Virus record (IMG/VR): IMGVR_UViG_3300044675_001501
Location: 1-64,000 of that record
DNA length: 64,000 nt
Strand: one strand, 5' to 3'
Source of the DNA: a virus
Lineage: Duplodnaviria > Heunggongvirae > Uroviricota > Caudoviricetes
Under the pieces are notes generated by a model, which did no database searches, had not been told where the DNA came from, and saw only the letters and a program-made list of their open reading frames with translations. Below, piece after piece: positions 1 to 7,464 of the stretch (position 1 is its first letter; each line of letters begins with the position of its first letter). Both the position numbers and the translations under genes were made by a program.

Positions 1-14
1 TTATTTCCCTGCAT
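1..14 (-). CDS. N-terminal fragment of a gene that continues beyond the window start (ATG at 14..12)
   Basis: ATG followed by an open frame running off the 5' end of the window on the minus strand. Too short to characterise. Confidence 0.2.
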
Positions 15-39
15 GTAAACATTAGTATAGAAATCCAAA

Positions 40-597
40 TTAAACTCCGTACATAAGCATCATAGCATCATAGGCGCAATCATGAATAGGATTGTGCTTG
101 ATTACATTGTGTCGTTTGAATGTTGGATGATCAACATCGCAGTAACCGTTCTTAGCTGTGGTAGATAAACAATCAACTGCTGTTCTGACATCACGCCAGT
201 TATTATACGGGAAAATAAGTTCTTCGTCAATCTTCTTACATAGCGAATCAATAATAACTTGATCGAAAGAACCTCGAGACCATACGGTATGATCACGACC
301 ATGCTTTGCGACATATTCTTTTAGAATGCGAATACCTTCTTGCGGTGTTAGATCTTGCGGAGTTGGGTCAAAAGAAGTAGCACGAATAGAAGGATGAATC
401 TTATCCCACCATTCTAATGTTTCTTTAGAGATTGATCTGTTATATTCTCTCGCTTGCAGTTTAGAATTAAACTTAACAAAACATGCATTGCTCAACATGG
501 TTTCATAATCGTCACCTTGTTGAACGAAGATTAAAGCAGCAGAAAGAACAACAGCAGTAGACTCAGCGTCTAGCGTCTCTATATCAAAAATGTACAT
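40..597 (-). CDS. dexA: DEDD-family 3'-5' exonuclease (DexA-like)
   Basis: N-terminal 'MYIFDIETLD' matches the exo I motif of DnaQ/DEDDh exonucleases, and the size is close to T4 DexA. The start is moved to the internal ATG at 597, which has a GGAG 5 nt upstream. The ORF-track start at 657 adds a hydrophobic leader and is probably not used. Confidence 0.6.
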   Translation of the reverse strand: MYIFDIETLDAESTAVVLSAALIFVQQGDDYETMLSNACFVKFNSKLQAREYNRSISKETLEWWDKIHPSIRATSFDPTPQDLTPQEGIRILKEYVAKHGRDHTVWSRGSFDQVIIDSLCKKIDEELIFPYNNWRDVRTAVDCLSTTAKNGYCDVDHPTFKRHNVIKHNPIHDCAYDAMMLMYGV

Positions 598-662
598 GAT
601 AACTCCAATGAGAAATGCCTCAAGTATTATTATACCTGAGGCATTAATAAAAAGCAAATGTA

Positions 663-995
663 TTATTGCACTTTTGCAGCACTTAGAATTTGAGCAGCTT
701 CTTCCTTTGTAAGAATTTCTAAACCACTACCAAAAAGTCTGCTGTATTCATTGATAAGTTTTTCAGCTGGCTCACACTCAGCAGCAATACTTGTCCAAAA
801 TACTTTGACTCTTCCATCTTTTGCAAAAGGCATATATGGTGCCATAACACCATCAGTCTTACCATCTGCTGTGCTCTTCAAGAAGATAATAGCAGGGTTG
901 ACTACTGAAAGATATTCAGGTGCTGTGCCTGCGGTATCATCTTCTTTTGCAATTAATACATCACCATTAATTAATCTAAATGTTCTTACGTTCAT
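663..995 (-). CDS. hypothetical protein (110 aa)
   Basis: Open frame whose internal ATG (995..993) overlaps the stop of the upstream ORF in an ATGA arrangement, suggesting translational coupling. No recognisable motifs. Confidence 0.4.
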   Translation of the reverse strand: MNVRTFRLINGDVLIAKEDDTAGTAPEYLSVVNPAIIFLKSTADGKTDGVMAPYMPFAKDGRVKVFWTSIAAECEPAEKLINEYSRLFGSGLEILTKEEAAQILSAAKVQ

Positions 996-1204
996 ATGTT
1001 CTCCTGTGCAATTAACCATTCGACCCATTCGCTCGCTTCTACATAATTAACGAACTGCTGGATCAATACCTTGTCAGCATCATAAACATGCTGAGCTACC
1101 ACCATGACAAACTTGTCATTGAATACGGATACCTTCAACAGCCAAGATGCTCTTCGCACAAGCTGATAAGATACTAGATGTTTGTAGATACGTGATTTCA
1201 TCAT
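992..1204 (-). CDS. hypothetical protein (70 aa)
   Basis: Open frame in an operon-like position. Its stop overlaps the next start (ATGA). Confidence 0.35.
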   Translation of the reverse strand: MMKSRIYKHLVSYQLVRRASWLLKVSVFNDKFVMVVAQHVYDADKVLIQQFVNYVEASEWVEWLIAQENI

Positions 1205-1228
1205 ACTTCTATTTAGTATGATGAAGTG

Positions 1229-1248
1229 GGGAGTTTCCTCCCCACCAG
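1229..1248. other. perfect hairpin gtggggag-tttc-ctccccac (8-bp stem) in the intergenic leader of ORF70
   Basis: Inverted repeat seen directly. A T-run follows it on the plus strand, but on the gene-bearing minus strand it is immediately followed by the RBS and ATG of the 70-aa ORF. Confidence 0.4.
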
Positions 1249-1323
1249 ATTTATTTTTGATTTGGATTTGTTGGAGTCTTTCCGTTTACCCAATCCCAAT
1301 CATCATCTGTCATAGGAAGCCAA

Positions 1324-1848
1324 TTACAACCTTTCTGATAAATCATCTTTTTCCTTTTCTGTTAAAAGTTGTTTATCAGTTTTCTTCGCTTCACCTTTTT
1401 CTGCAATATCAATTTTCTGTGGCTTCTTATGCTCAGGAATAATACGCTCAAGAGCAATCTTCAACATACCATTAATTAATTCTGCACCTTTGATCTCTAC
1501 TTGATCATTCAGCGCAAAGGTATGTGTAAAGTTACGAGTAGCGATTCCCTTATGCAACCACTCTAGTGCTGTGTTATCTTCATTTGCCTTACCTTTAACA
1601 ATTAGTTTGTCATCAGCAAATTCGATTTCTAGTTCCTGTTTTGTGAAACCAGCAACAGCCATCTCAACAACATACTTATTTTCTGCTGTCTTCTTGATAT
1701 TGAATGGTGGATAGTTTGGAACATTTTTGGTCAGATCGTCATGCATTTTTGCTAGACGATTGAATTGATCATCGAAACCGACAAAGAACTTGTCGAAATC
1801 TTTGAACTGAGGGTGTAACATTGTATCTGGTAGCCATTTGTGTACCAT
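1324..1848 (-). CDS. hsp20: small heat-shock protein (Hsp20 / alpha-crystallin family)
   Basis: 174 aa with an alpha-crystallin-domain-like core (…AVAGFTKQELEIEFADDKLIVKGK…IATRNFTHTFAL…). AAGGAG RBS 7 nt upstream. hsp20 is a hallmark of marine T4-like phages. Confidence 0.85.
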   Translation of the reverse strand: MVHKWLPDTMLHPQFKDFDKFFVGFDDQFNRLAKMHDDLTKNVPNYPPFNIKKTAENKYVVEMAVAGFTKQELEIEFADDKLIVKGKANEDNTALEWLHKGIATRNFTHTFALNDQVEIKGAELINGMLKIALERIIPEHKKPQKIDIAEKGEAKKTDKQLLTEKEKDDLSERL

Positions 1849-1870
1849 AATAGTCTCCTTATTAAGCGAG
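1846..1870 (-). promoter_or_regulatory. short hairpin sequestering the hsp20 Shine-Dalgarno (ROSE/fourU-like RNA-thermometer candidate)
   Basis: The minus-strand RNA 5'-CUCGCUU-AAU-AAGGAG-3' can pair CUC/GAG and CUU/AAG with a bulged G opposite the SD. The anti-SD contains UCGCU, which matches the ROSE U(U/C)GCU motif. Confidence 0.3.
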
Positions 1871-1919
1871 TTATAAAATTACTACCCCGAAGGCGTAGCA
1901 GTTTAAATAGTCGGCTTTT

Positions 1920-1961
1920 AACGTAGTTACCGACCAACTACGTTCCCATCCCGATTGGGAT
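1920..1961 (-). other. two adjacent perfect stem-loops in the regA–hsp20 leader (aacgtagtt/aactacgtt 9-bp stem; atccc-gatt-gggat 5-bp stem)
   Basis: Exact inverted repeats seen directly in the sequence. No flanking T-run, so they are not classical terminators. Confidence 0.5.
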
Positions 1962-1970
1962 CAGATTTAT

Positions 1971-2042
1971 TTAGCGATTTGCGATATACATTGTAATCTC
2001 AAATCCAAAACGCATATCAGTAGCTACTGGTTTTGTCCACAT
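1971..2042 (-). CDS. micro-ORF (23 aa, [23 protein letters not shown]) with a strong AAGGAG RBS
   Basis: ATG lies 7 nt downstream of AAGGAG in the noncoding tract where T4 carries gene 43. Coding status is uncertain. Confidence 0.2.
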   Translation of the reverse strand: MWTKPVATDMRFGFEITMYIANR

Positions 2043-2060
2043 AATTATCTCCTTGGTTAA

Positions 2061-2077
2061 TTGTCCGAACTGGACAA
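2061..2077 (-). other. perfect hairpin ttgtcc-gaact-ggacaa just downstream of regA
   Basis: 6-bp perfect inverted repeat with a 5-nt loop. Confidence 0.4.
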
Positions 2078-2140
2078 TAATACTTATCCCTACTGTGGCG
2101 ATAAGTCCCTAAGGATTTTCATTAAAAACTCATAAATTAT

Positions 2141-2557
2141 TTAGCGTTTTTTTCCGATATTATACTTAGGAACTAATTCCCATTCATCTTTTTCTTTATG
2201 CGTAACTACTTTAATCTGCGACAAAGATGCTTTCGGCTCTGACTTAGATGGTAGCATAATCTTTAACAAACCCCAATCTTGCAAAAGACCAGCAATAGTA
2301 TTGCGTCTCTCAACATCATTGGATGTAATGTTAGATTCTTTACCGTCTAGAGCGAACAGCTCTTTAAAGTGCACAATAAAGTACCTGCCCTGCTTATGTA
2401 AGATATGGCAAGACTGGTATAATTTTTTATCTTTACGGGAAGCGATACCAATACGAGTTAGAGTCTCTCTAACCTTCAGGAAATTGTCTGGTTCTGGTAG
2501 GGTCACTTCTAGCATGGACTCTGGAGTCCAATCGTAATAAACCATTTCAACACTCAT
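2141..2557 (-). CDS. regA: translational repressor RegA
   Basis: Clear similarity to T4 RegA along the whole length (…FLKVRETLTRIGIA…KLYQSCHILHKQGRYFIVHFKE…EWELVPKYNIG). Confidence 0.85.
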   Translation of the reverse strand: MSVEMVYYDWTPESMLEVTLPEPDNFLKVRETLTRIGIASRKDKKLYQSCHILHKQGRYFIVHFKELFALDGKESNITSNDVERRNTIAGLLQDWGLLKIMLPSKSEPKASLSQIKVVTHKEKDEWELVPKYNIGKKR

Positions 2558-2943
2558 GATTTTCCACCCTTATATAATTTTTCTTCTATTTCTTTCAGTT
2601 GATCATCCGTAAGTATGCTCATAGCAACTTTCGCCTTTTCATCAGAATACTTAAAATATTCTTTAACTAAGGAGAAGTGTTTACCTAATTTTTCCTTTTC
2701 GTTCCATTTGGAAAAACGCTTCTTCTTAACTACACTATTTAGTAAAAACGAAAATTGCCATTCTGGTGGAATCTGTGAGTACTGGTTTACTACATTAGCA
2801 TATGCTACAGTGTCTACAAAGTAAGACAAGCCCCTGTTAATGATAAAGGCGCTCTTCTTGTAGTCCTTGGAAGCCAAAGAATCCTTCTTTAGCAAGTCCT
2901 CCTTTGTGTAGGAAATAGCGTTAATAAAGTCAAATGGATTCAT
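2554..2943 (-). CDS. 62: clamp-loader small subunit gp62
   Basis: Position next to gp44. Motifs resemble T4 gp62 (…KKRFSKWNEKEK… versus T4 …KRYGKWAKL…). Its start overlaps the preceding stop. Confidence 0.65.
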   Translation of the reverse strand: MNPFDFINAISYTKEDLLKKDSLASKDYKKSAFIINRGLSYFVDTVAYANVVNQYSQIPPEWQFSFLLNSVVKKKRFSKWNEKEKLGKHFSLVKEYFKYSDEKAKVAMSILTDDQLKEIEEKLYKGGKS

Positions 2944-3266
2944 GATAAGTTCTCTAGGACTTCTTTTTCTACAATAAATTTAGTATTGGGATAACGCTTA
3001 ACCATGGCTTCCAGCAAAGAATCTCTGGTGTTACCCTGAGCGATAAACTCATCGGTGTCATAGTTATATGCGAAAAGGAATCCCTGCTCTTTTTCGAAGT
3101 ATATACGGACTATCTCCTGGTCATCCTGGTGCTCTTCCATCTGATTGAGCATTTTCCTGACTTCATTCTTTGCAGTCAGTTCTCGTAATGCCCAACCAAG
3201 TTTATAGCACATCCAACCATAGAGTAGGATAAGTAATAGATCTAAGACGTTCATTTGAATTTGCAA
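2940..3266 (-). CDS. small membrane-anchored protein (108 aa) inserted between gp44 and gp62
   Basis: N-terminal hydrophobic helix (VLDLLLILLYGWMCYKLGWAL) followed by a charged soluble part. No T4 counterpart at this position. Confidence 0.45.
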   Translation of the reverse strand: MQIQMNVLDLLLILLYGWMCYKLGWALRELTAKNEVRKMLNQMEEHQDDQEIVRIYFEKEQGFLFAYNYDTDEFIAQGNTRDSLLEAMVKRYPNTKFIVEKEVLENLS

Positions 3267-4192
3267 TTTACCATTAGTTCAGTCAACGCTGCCATCATAT
3301 TTATTTCCTGATCAGCTACGAAAGCAGACTTGTACTGATAGTCTGCTAGGGTTACCACTAGCTGAGGGATAGATGATGGATCCATAATCTCAATTGCTTT
3401 GTCATAAAGATTACGGAAAATATGGGCAGTTCCCATATCAGCATTCTTACCAACCCAACGACGAATGTCTGTATACTTCTTCGTCTTTAGTAAATCTACA
3501 AGTTCTTTAAATGATTCATCACTAACATTCAGAAGAATACCAGAATCAATCTTACCTGAAACTGAATAACGCTGAAGTTCATTCAGAGTTCTACGGAAGT
3601 CTGGGAAATGTTTTGTGACGAGTTCAGCTACAACCTTAGAGTCAAACTCTACCTGTTCAGAAGATAGAATGTCAACAATACGCTTATAGAAAGCAGCTGC
3701 GATCTTTGGCTTCTCGCCATTGTCGATTTTAAAATCAACATTAATGCAGCGAGACTGAAGAGCATCAAGAAGACGATGCTTAAAATTACAAGTAAAGATG
3801 AAGCGGCAATTGCCAGCAAACTCTTCAATAAACGCACGCAATGCAGGTTGTACTGAGTCGGCATTCATATAATCAGCCTCATCAATAATAACAACCTTCT
3901 TTGCTTCTGTCAAAGAAACAGTTGAAGCAAAAGATTTAATAACAGTTCGGAGAGTGTCGATAGAACGACCTTCGTCCGAACCGTTAATCATCAAATATTC
4001 TGCGCCAACTTCATCACATAGTGCTTTTGCTACAGTAGTTTTACCAACACCAGCTGTTCCGCTGAAAATAAAATTAGGAAGTTCACCACTAGCGATGAAC
4101 TCCTTAAAAGTTTTCTTCAGAGATTCTGGTAAAATACAATCATCAATTTTCTGCGGACGATACTTCTCAACCCACAAATAGTGTTCACTCAT
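3251..4192 (-). CDS. 44: clamp-loader large subunit gp44 (AAA+ ATPase)
   Basis: Walker A GTAGVGKTT, Walker B VVIIDEAD, and an SRC motif (LQSRCINV). Co-linear with T4 gp44. Confidence 0.9.
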   Translation of the reverse strand: MSEHYLWVEKYRPQKIDDCILPESLKKTFKEFIASGELPNFIFSGTAGVGKTTVAKALCDEVGAEYLMINGSDEGRSIDTLRTVIKSFASTVSLTEAKKVVIIDEADYMNADSVQPALRAFIEEFAGNCRFIFTCNFKHRLLDALQSRCINVDFKIDNGEKPKIAAAFYKRIVDILSSEQVEFDSKVVAELVTKHFPDFRRTLNELQRYSVSGKIDSGILLNVSDESFKELVDLLKTKKYTDIRRWVGKNADMGTAHIFRNLYDKAIEIMDPSSIPQLVVTLADYQYKSAFVADQEINMMAALTELMVNCKFK

Positions 4193-4209
4193 AATATATC
4201 CTCAATTGT

Positions 4210-4494
4210 TTACTTAGAATGTACTGCCTTTAAAGTGCGCTCAAAAATAAGTCGCATATTTTCGTCATAAACATCATCATCAAATTCATCTTGCGTCATA
4301 CATGGTTTAGTTTCAGCCTCAGTCATCCATTCTGGAGGGTTGCCGAAAAAACCAATTGGGGCAAGTGCCATACGGAATCTTATCATAGAGCCTGACATAC
4401 CTAGCTGAGTATCACCTGGAGCAGCATGCTCAGCGATCAGTTTGCCACGACGAACCAATTCCATAATCACTTCATCACGTTGTGTAGTAATCAT
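4210..4494 (-). CDS. hypothetical protein (94 aa) between gp45 and gp44
   Basis: Open frame in an operon position with no recognisable homology. T4 has no gene here. Confidence 0.4.
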   Translation of the reverse strand: MITTQRDEVIMELVRRGKLIAEHAAPGDTQLGMSGSMIRFRMALAPIGFFGNPPEWMTEAETKPCMTQDEFDDDVYDENMRLIFERTLKAVHSK

Positions 4495-4496
4495 AA

Positions 4497-5159
4497 TTAT
4501 TCAAATGTAGAGTCAGCTTCAACAGCAACGAAATAAACTAAATCTGAAGTAGAAGATTGGAAACGACTGATCTTCTTGTTAGAGATTGCGACAGAATAGT
4601 TTCCTGGGATCATCTTAAGATTATCTACCTTCAAGTTTACCTTGAACGATTTATCAGTGTCAGAAAGTGCAACTTCATAAGCATTAGCTGCTGCATTCTT
4701 TTTGTCAGCAACAACGATCTTCATTTTAGAACCATCACCAACTACGCTTACGTCAGCTGAGTGAAGAACAGAAGCAGTACGCTGAACCATAGCAAGAGTT
4801 GCTGCGGTTAAGTCAAAAGTAATATCTTCTGATGGCAGTTGAATCTGCTTTGCTGGAGGAATAGTCAAAGTGCCAGCATCAGCAGCATAGTAACGAATAG
4901 AGTTATTACCTTGCTTGATACGAACAGACTTCTCAGAGAACTCTAGATCGGGATCTTCAAACAAAGATAATGCGCCAAGGAATTCATTAAGATCATAGAT
5001 AGCAAACTCGCTATCGAAAGTCTCAGGAACTGTGATAGATGCCATCACGTTTTTCTGAGCAGAAATCGTTGCGAGTTTAGAACCTTCTTTGATCAAAAGG
5101 TTTCCATTAATGGATGCGAAATTCTTTAGAACTCCGACTGTTTCTTTAGATAACTTCAT
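4497..5159 (-). CDS. 45: sliding clamp gp45
   Basis: Strong similarity to T4 gp45 (MKLSKETVGVLKNFASING…AIYDLNEFLGALSL…VAVEADSTFE). The start is taken at the ATG matching the T4 N-terminus and has an AGGAG RBS. The ORF-track TTG start at 5174 adds 5 residues. Confidence 0.9.
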   Translation of the reverse strand: MKLSKETVGVLKNFASINGNLLIKEGSKLATISAQKNVMASITVPETFDSEFAIYDLNEFLGALSLFEDPDLEFSEKSVRIKQGNNSIRYYAADAGTLTIPPAKQIQLPSEDITFDLTAATLAMVQRTASVLHSADVSVVGDGSKMKIVVADKKNAAANAYEVALSDTDKSFKVNLKVDNLKMIPGNYSVAISNKKISRFQSSTSDLVYFVAVEADSTFE

Positions 5160-5198
5160 ATTTTCTCCTATCAATTAAACACATAACTATGTATATAC

Positions 5199-5227
5199 AT
5201 TATACCCCAGAAATGGGGTATAGTCAA
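5199..5227 (-). promoter_or_regulatory. sigma70-type early promoter for the gp45-gp44-gp62-regA operon (TTGACT-N17-TATAAT)
   Basis: Minus-strand TTGACTataccccatttctggggTATAAT. The spacer contains the palindrome cccca-uuuc-ugggg. Confidence 0.6.
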
Positions 5228-5228
5228 A

Positions 5229-6032
5229 TTATTTTTGCATCATCAAAGCATTGAAGTTAGCAGGAACAACAATGGTCTGCACTCGACCATTCTTAATACC
5301 CTCAGAGATATTCAACGCAGCTTGAGCTTGCATAAAAGCAATAGAACTGGCAGAGTTATTGGCAAGAGCAGCCATACGCTCAGCTTCCTTCTTAGCAGTT
5401 TGAACCTCTACTTCTTTCTGCTTGTATTCATTCTTAGCACGAACCAAAGCATTAGCAGATTCAACAACACTGTCAGCTGGGACTACGTTACGAATTAAGA
5501 CTTGGCTAATTGTAATTGAACCATCAAGTTTTTCTTCAGCAAGATTCTTTTGAATCTCTTCTTGAATCATACGCTCCATATTCTCACGATTGTCTGCCAT
5601 ATCAAGTGCTTCATATTTACGAGCAGCTTTATAGATGGCATTACGAGCATTCTGAACAACGTAGTTATACATTACGTAGGTGTCACCCTTGAACTCAGCG
5701 TGGAATGCTTTGTTCTTAGTTGAGTAGAGTTCTGCTACAGTTTGTGGATTGATGTTGTAAACAACAACAGCATCTAGATCTTTCATAGTGCTATTATCTT
5801 TTGCTACTGGAGTCATATCCTGAAGGACTACGTTAACATCTTTCACTGGGAATGTCAAAACATCACCAATCATAGTTTGGTTAAAAGATCCAGGCAGCAA
5901 CTCTCCTGGTTTAACCTGCTTATCAAAGCCAACTCGAACACCAACCTCGCCTGTCTCAATACGAGTGCAGCCAGTAGCCAGAGCAACAGTAGCAACCAGA
6001 GCAGAGATTTTCAACATTTGTTTCATGATCAT
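5229..6032 (-). CDS. SPFH/band-7 (prohibitin/HflK-like) lipoprotein
   Basis: Signal peptide with a lipobox (LATGC), then a PHB-like domain and a long Ala/Glu-rich coiled-coil tail (…EYKQKEVEVQTAKKEAERMAALAN…). Confidence 0.65.
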   Translation of the reverse strand: MIMKQMLKISALVATVALATGCTRIETGEVGVRVGFDKQVKPGELLPGSFNQTMIGDVLTFPVKDVNVVLQDMTPVAKDNSTMKDLDAVVVYNINPQTVAELYSTKNKAFHAEFKGDTYVMYNYVVQNARNAIYKAARKYEALDMADNRENMERMIQEEIQKNLAEEKLDGSITISQVLIRNVVPADSVVESANALVRAKNEYKQKEVEVQTAKKEAERMAALANNSASSIAFMQAQAALNISEGIKNGRVQTIVVPANFNALMMQK

Positions 6033-6038
6033 TTTCCT

Positions 6039-6215
6039 TTAAAATAAAACAACAATACCAACCATAACAATTACAACCAAAGCAGAAATACCAAGAGAGT
6101 ATGCTGTAATTTTAGCAAGACTCAATTTTTCTTTGTTAGTCATTTTTCTAAACATGTCTATGCCAGTAAAGAAAATAATAAACAAAGAGATGAAAGCGAG
6201 AACTATCTTAATCAT
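6039..6215 (-). CDS. 58-aa membrane micro-protein (MIKIVLAFISLFIIFFTGIDMFRKMTNKEKLSLAKITAYSLGISALVVIVMVGIVVLF)
   Basis: Below the 60-aa cutoff of the ORF track. Two predicted TM helices. AAGGAAG RBS. Its ATG overlaps the upstream stop (ATGA), and it ends 7 nt before the SPFH gene. Confidence 0.45.
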   Translation of the reverse strand: MIKIVLAFISLFIIFFTGIDMFRKMTNKEKLSLAKITAYSLGISALVVIVMVGIVVLF

Positions 6216-6550
6216 TTTTCTTCCTTAGAATATTTTACATCATGCTCATATAGAAAGTAAAGGCAGCACATTGCATGCGCCAAATGATGAATACCAGATT
6301 CAGGATCTAATTGTTCACCTTCTTTCCACGCCCATAGATGTCTTTGCATAGCATCAAAGTATCTACGCTTAGAATCGGGAACAAATTTCCAGTTGTCTGG
6401 TTCATATTTTTCTGCTCCGAATGTAAGGACTTTAACCATTTCTTTCAGAGCGAGTGGTGGGACTAGCCCATATTGAAGTTTGCCACCATCAAACTTTCTA
6501 CCGCCAGTGGTAGAATTCTGAGATTGTTCAATTTCTTTTTTAGTTGCCAT
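6212..6550 (-). CDS. hypothetical protein (112 aa), possibly a phage dATP/dGTP-pyrophosphohydrolase-like small domain
   Basis: Conserved-looking core (…GGKLQYGLVPPLALKEMVKVLTFGAEKYEPDNWKF…SGIHHLAHAMCCLYFL) recalled from small phage nucleotide-hydrolase-like proteins. The assignment is tentative. Confidence 0.4.
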   Translation of the reverse strand: MATKKEIEQSQNSTTGGRKFDGGKLQYGLVPPLALKEMVKVLTFGAEKYEPDNWKFVPDSKRRYFDAMQRHLWAWKEGEQLDPESGIHHLAHAMCCLYFLYEHDVKYSKEEK

Positions 6551-6573
6551 AGATCCTCCAAGTGAGAATGACT

Positions 6574-6596
6574 ATGGGCACTCTAGGAATGCCCAT
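6574..6596 (-). other. intercistronic hairpin atgggca-N9-tgcccat
   Basis: Perfect 7-bp inverted repeat between ORF86 and ORF112. No U-run follows it. Confidence 0.35.
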
Positions 6597-6607
6597 AAGC
6601 AGGTCAC

Positions 6608-6868
6608 TTACGCAAAGAGACCAAGGCGATACGCAGCTGCTACCATCGCACGAGTAGGCTTACCAATGCGATACTTTACAACTGGCTCACCCTTACTATC
6701 GCTTTTAGAGTTTGCGTAAACGCAATAACCCTGCTCGCGAAGATTGCGAATAGCAGATGCGGGATGGGCGATACCGAACTGACCACGGATTTGTGAAGCA
6801 GTTAGTTCTTTACCATTTTGTAGAACCTGCAAAAGTTTAGATTGACGACTCATAGATTTAATCCTCAT
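6608..6868 (-). CDS. small DNA-binding protein (putative helix-turn-helix)
   Basis: 86 aa, basic, with an HTH-like segment (LTASQIRGQFGIAHPASAIRNLREQGY). Confidence 0.4.
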   Translation of the reverse strand: MRIKSMSRQSKLLQVLQNGKELTASQIRGQFGIAHPASAIRNLREQGYCVYANSKSDSKGEPVVKYRIGKPTRAMVAAAYRLGLFA

Positions 6869-6889
6869 TCAAGTCAATACCATCAAACG

Positions 6890-6929
6890 AAAAAAAGTCA
6901 AGAGTGGTGATGGCATTCCCACTCTTGAC
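6890..6929 (-). terminator. rho-independent terminator (11-bp perfect stem gtcaagagtgg/ccactcttgac followed by U7 on the minus strand)
   Basis: Stem and 11-nt loop seen directly. The A7 run on the plus strand corresponds to a U-run downstream on the minus-strand transcript. Confidence 0.7.
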
Positions 6930-6946
6930 TGTCAAACCAAGTCAGC

Positions 6947-7324
6947 TTAGACTTGGATACCGTTAGCACGAAGTTCTGCGGTAAACTCATCTTCATCGAT
7001 AGACACTGGCTCAGCGTCCTCGATAATTTTCTCGAGCTTCTTCTTAGCAGCAGCAGTTTGCTTAGCTACTGCATCTTTGACTGAACCTGTAGACTTCGGT
7101 CCAGGAAACGCAAAAACTCCACGCGAAATTGTGTTGTTAGCAGACAACCAAAGCGGATAACCAATTTTTGGAGCACCGTCGGTGCGCTTCTCATGAAGAT
7201 CCCAAAAAAGTTTTTGAACTTCTTTGGTCGTAATAGTCTCAGCCGAAGCAAGTTTCGGATTGAGAGAAATAAAAGCATCGATACAACGCTTTTGACCCTT
7301 AGACAAATCAGCATATTTCAGCAT
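6947..7324 (-). CDS. hypothetical protein (125 aa) sharing a motif with the N-terminus of the AAA+ ATPase
   Basis: 'KIGYPLWLSANNTISRGVFAFPGP' resembles 'KFPSWLMTNKVGRGLYAIPGG' of the ORF at 7451..8626. It has its own promoter and terminator. Confidence 0.5.
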   Translation of the reverse strand: MLKYADLSKGQKRCIDAFISLNPKLASAETITTKEVQKLFWDLHEKRTDGAPKIGYPLWLSANNTISRGVFAFPGPKSTGSVKDAVAKQTAAAKKKLEKIIEDAEPVSIDEDEFTAELRANGIQV

Positions 7325-7379
7325 AGTTTAACTCCTGTGTGTGTTAATAAAAAAGAAACTACTCAACTTTACAACTATA

Positions 7380-7408
7380 ATTATACCCCGACTGGGCATA
7401 AATGTCAA
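7380..7408 (-). promoter_or_regulatory. sigma70 consensus early promoter (TTGACA-N17-TATAAT) for ORF125
   Basis: Minus-strand gcTTGACAtttatgcccagtcggggTATAAT. Both hexamers are perfect. Confidence 0.65.
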
Positions 7409-7441
7409 GCATAACCCTACAGTTTGCAAGGTTATTTTCAG

Positions 7442-7464
7442 CCTTTAAAATCAAGGACTTACAG
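7442..7464 (-). repeat. copy 1 of a 23-nt element (minus strand CTGTAAGTCCTTGATTTTAAAGG) at the 3' end of the CobS-like gene
   Basis: Identical 23-mer also present at 11004..11026. This copy spans the TGA stop of the ATPase gene. Confidence 0.6.

Noticed and set aside
1752-1937. 61-aa minus-strand ORF overlapping the hsp20 start and leader
   Set aside because: It overlaps the hsp20 coding start in another frame and runs through the hairpin-rich leader. No RBS.
1862-2130. Possible tRNA or tRNA-like gene in the regA–hsp20 noncoding tract
   Set aside because: The hairpins do not assemble into a cloverleaf. There is no acceptor stem with a 3' discriminator, no GTTC-type T-loop, and the spacing does not fit a tRNA on either strand.
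3649-3864. 71-aa minus-strand ORF nested inside gp44
   Set aside because: It is an alternative frame inside a well-conserved AAA+ clamp-loader gene and the sequence is hydrophobic junk.
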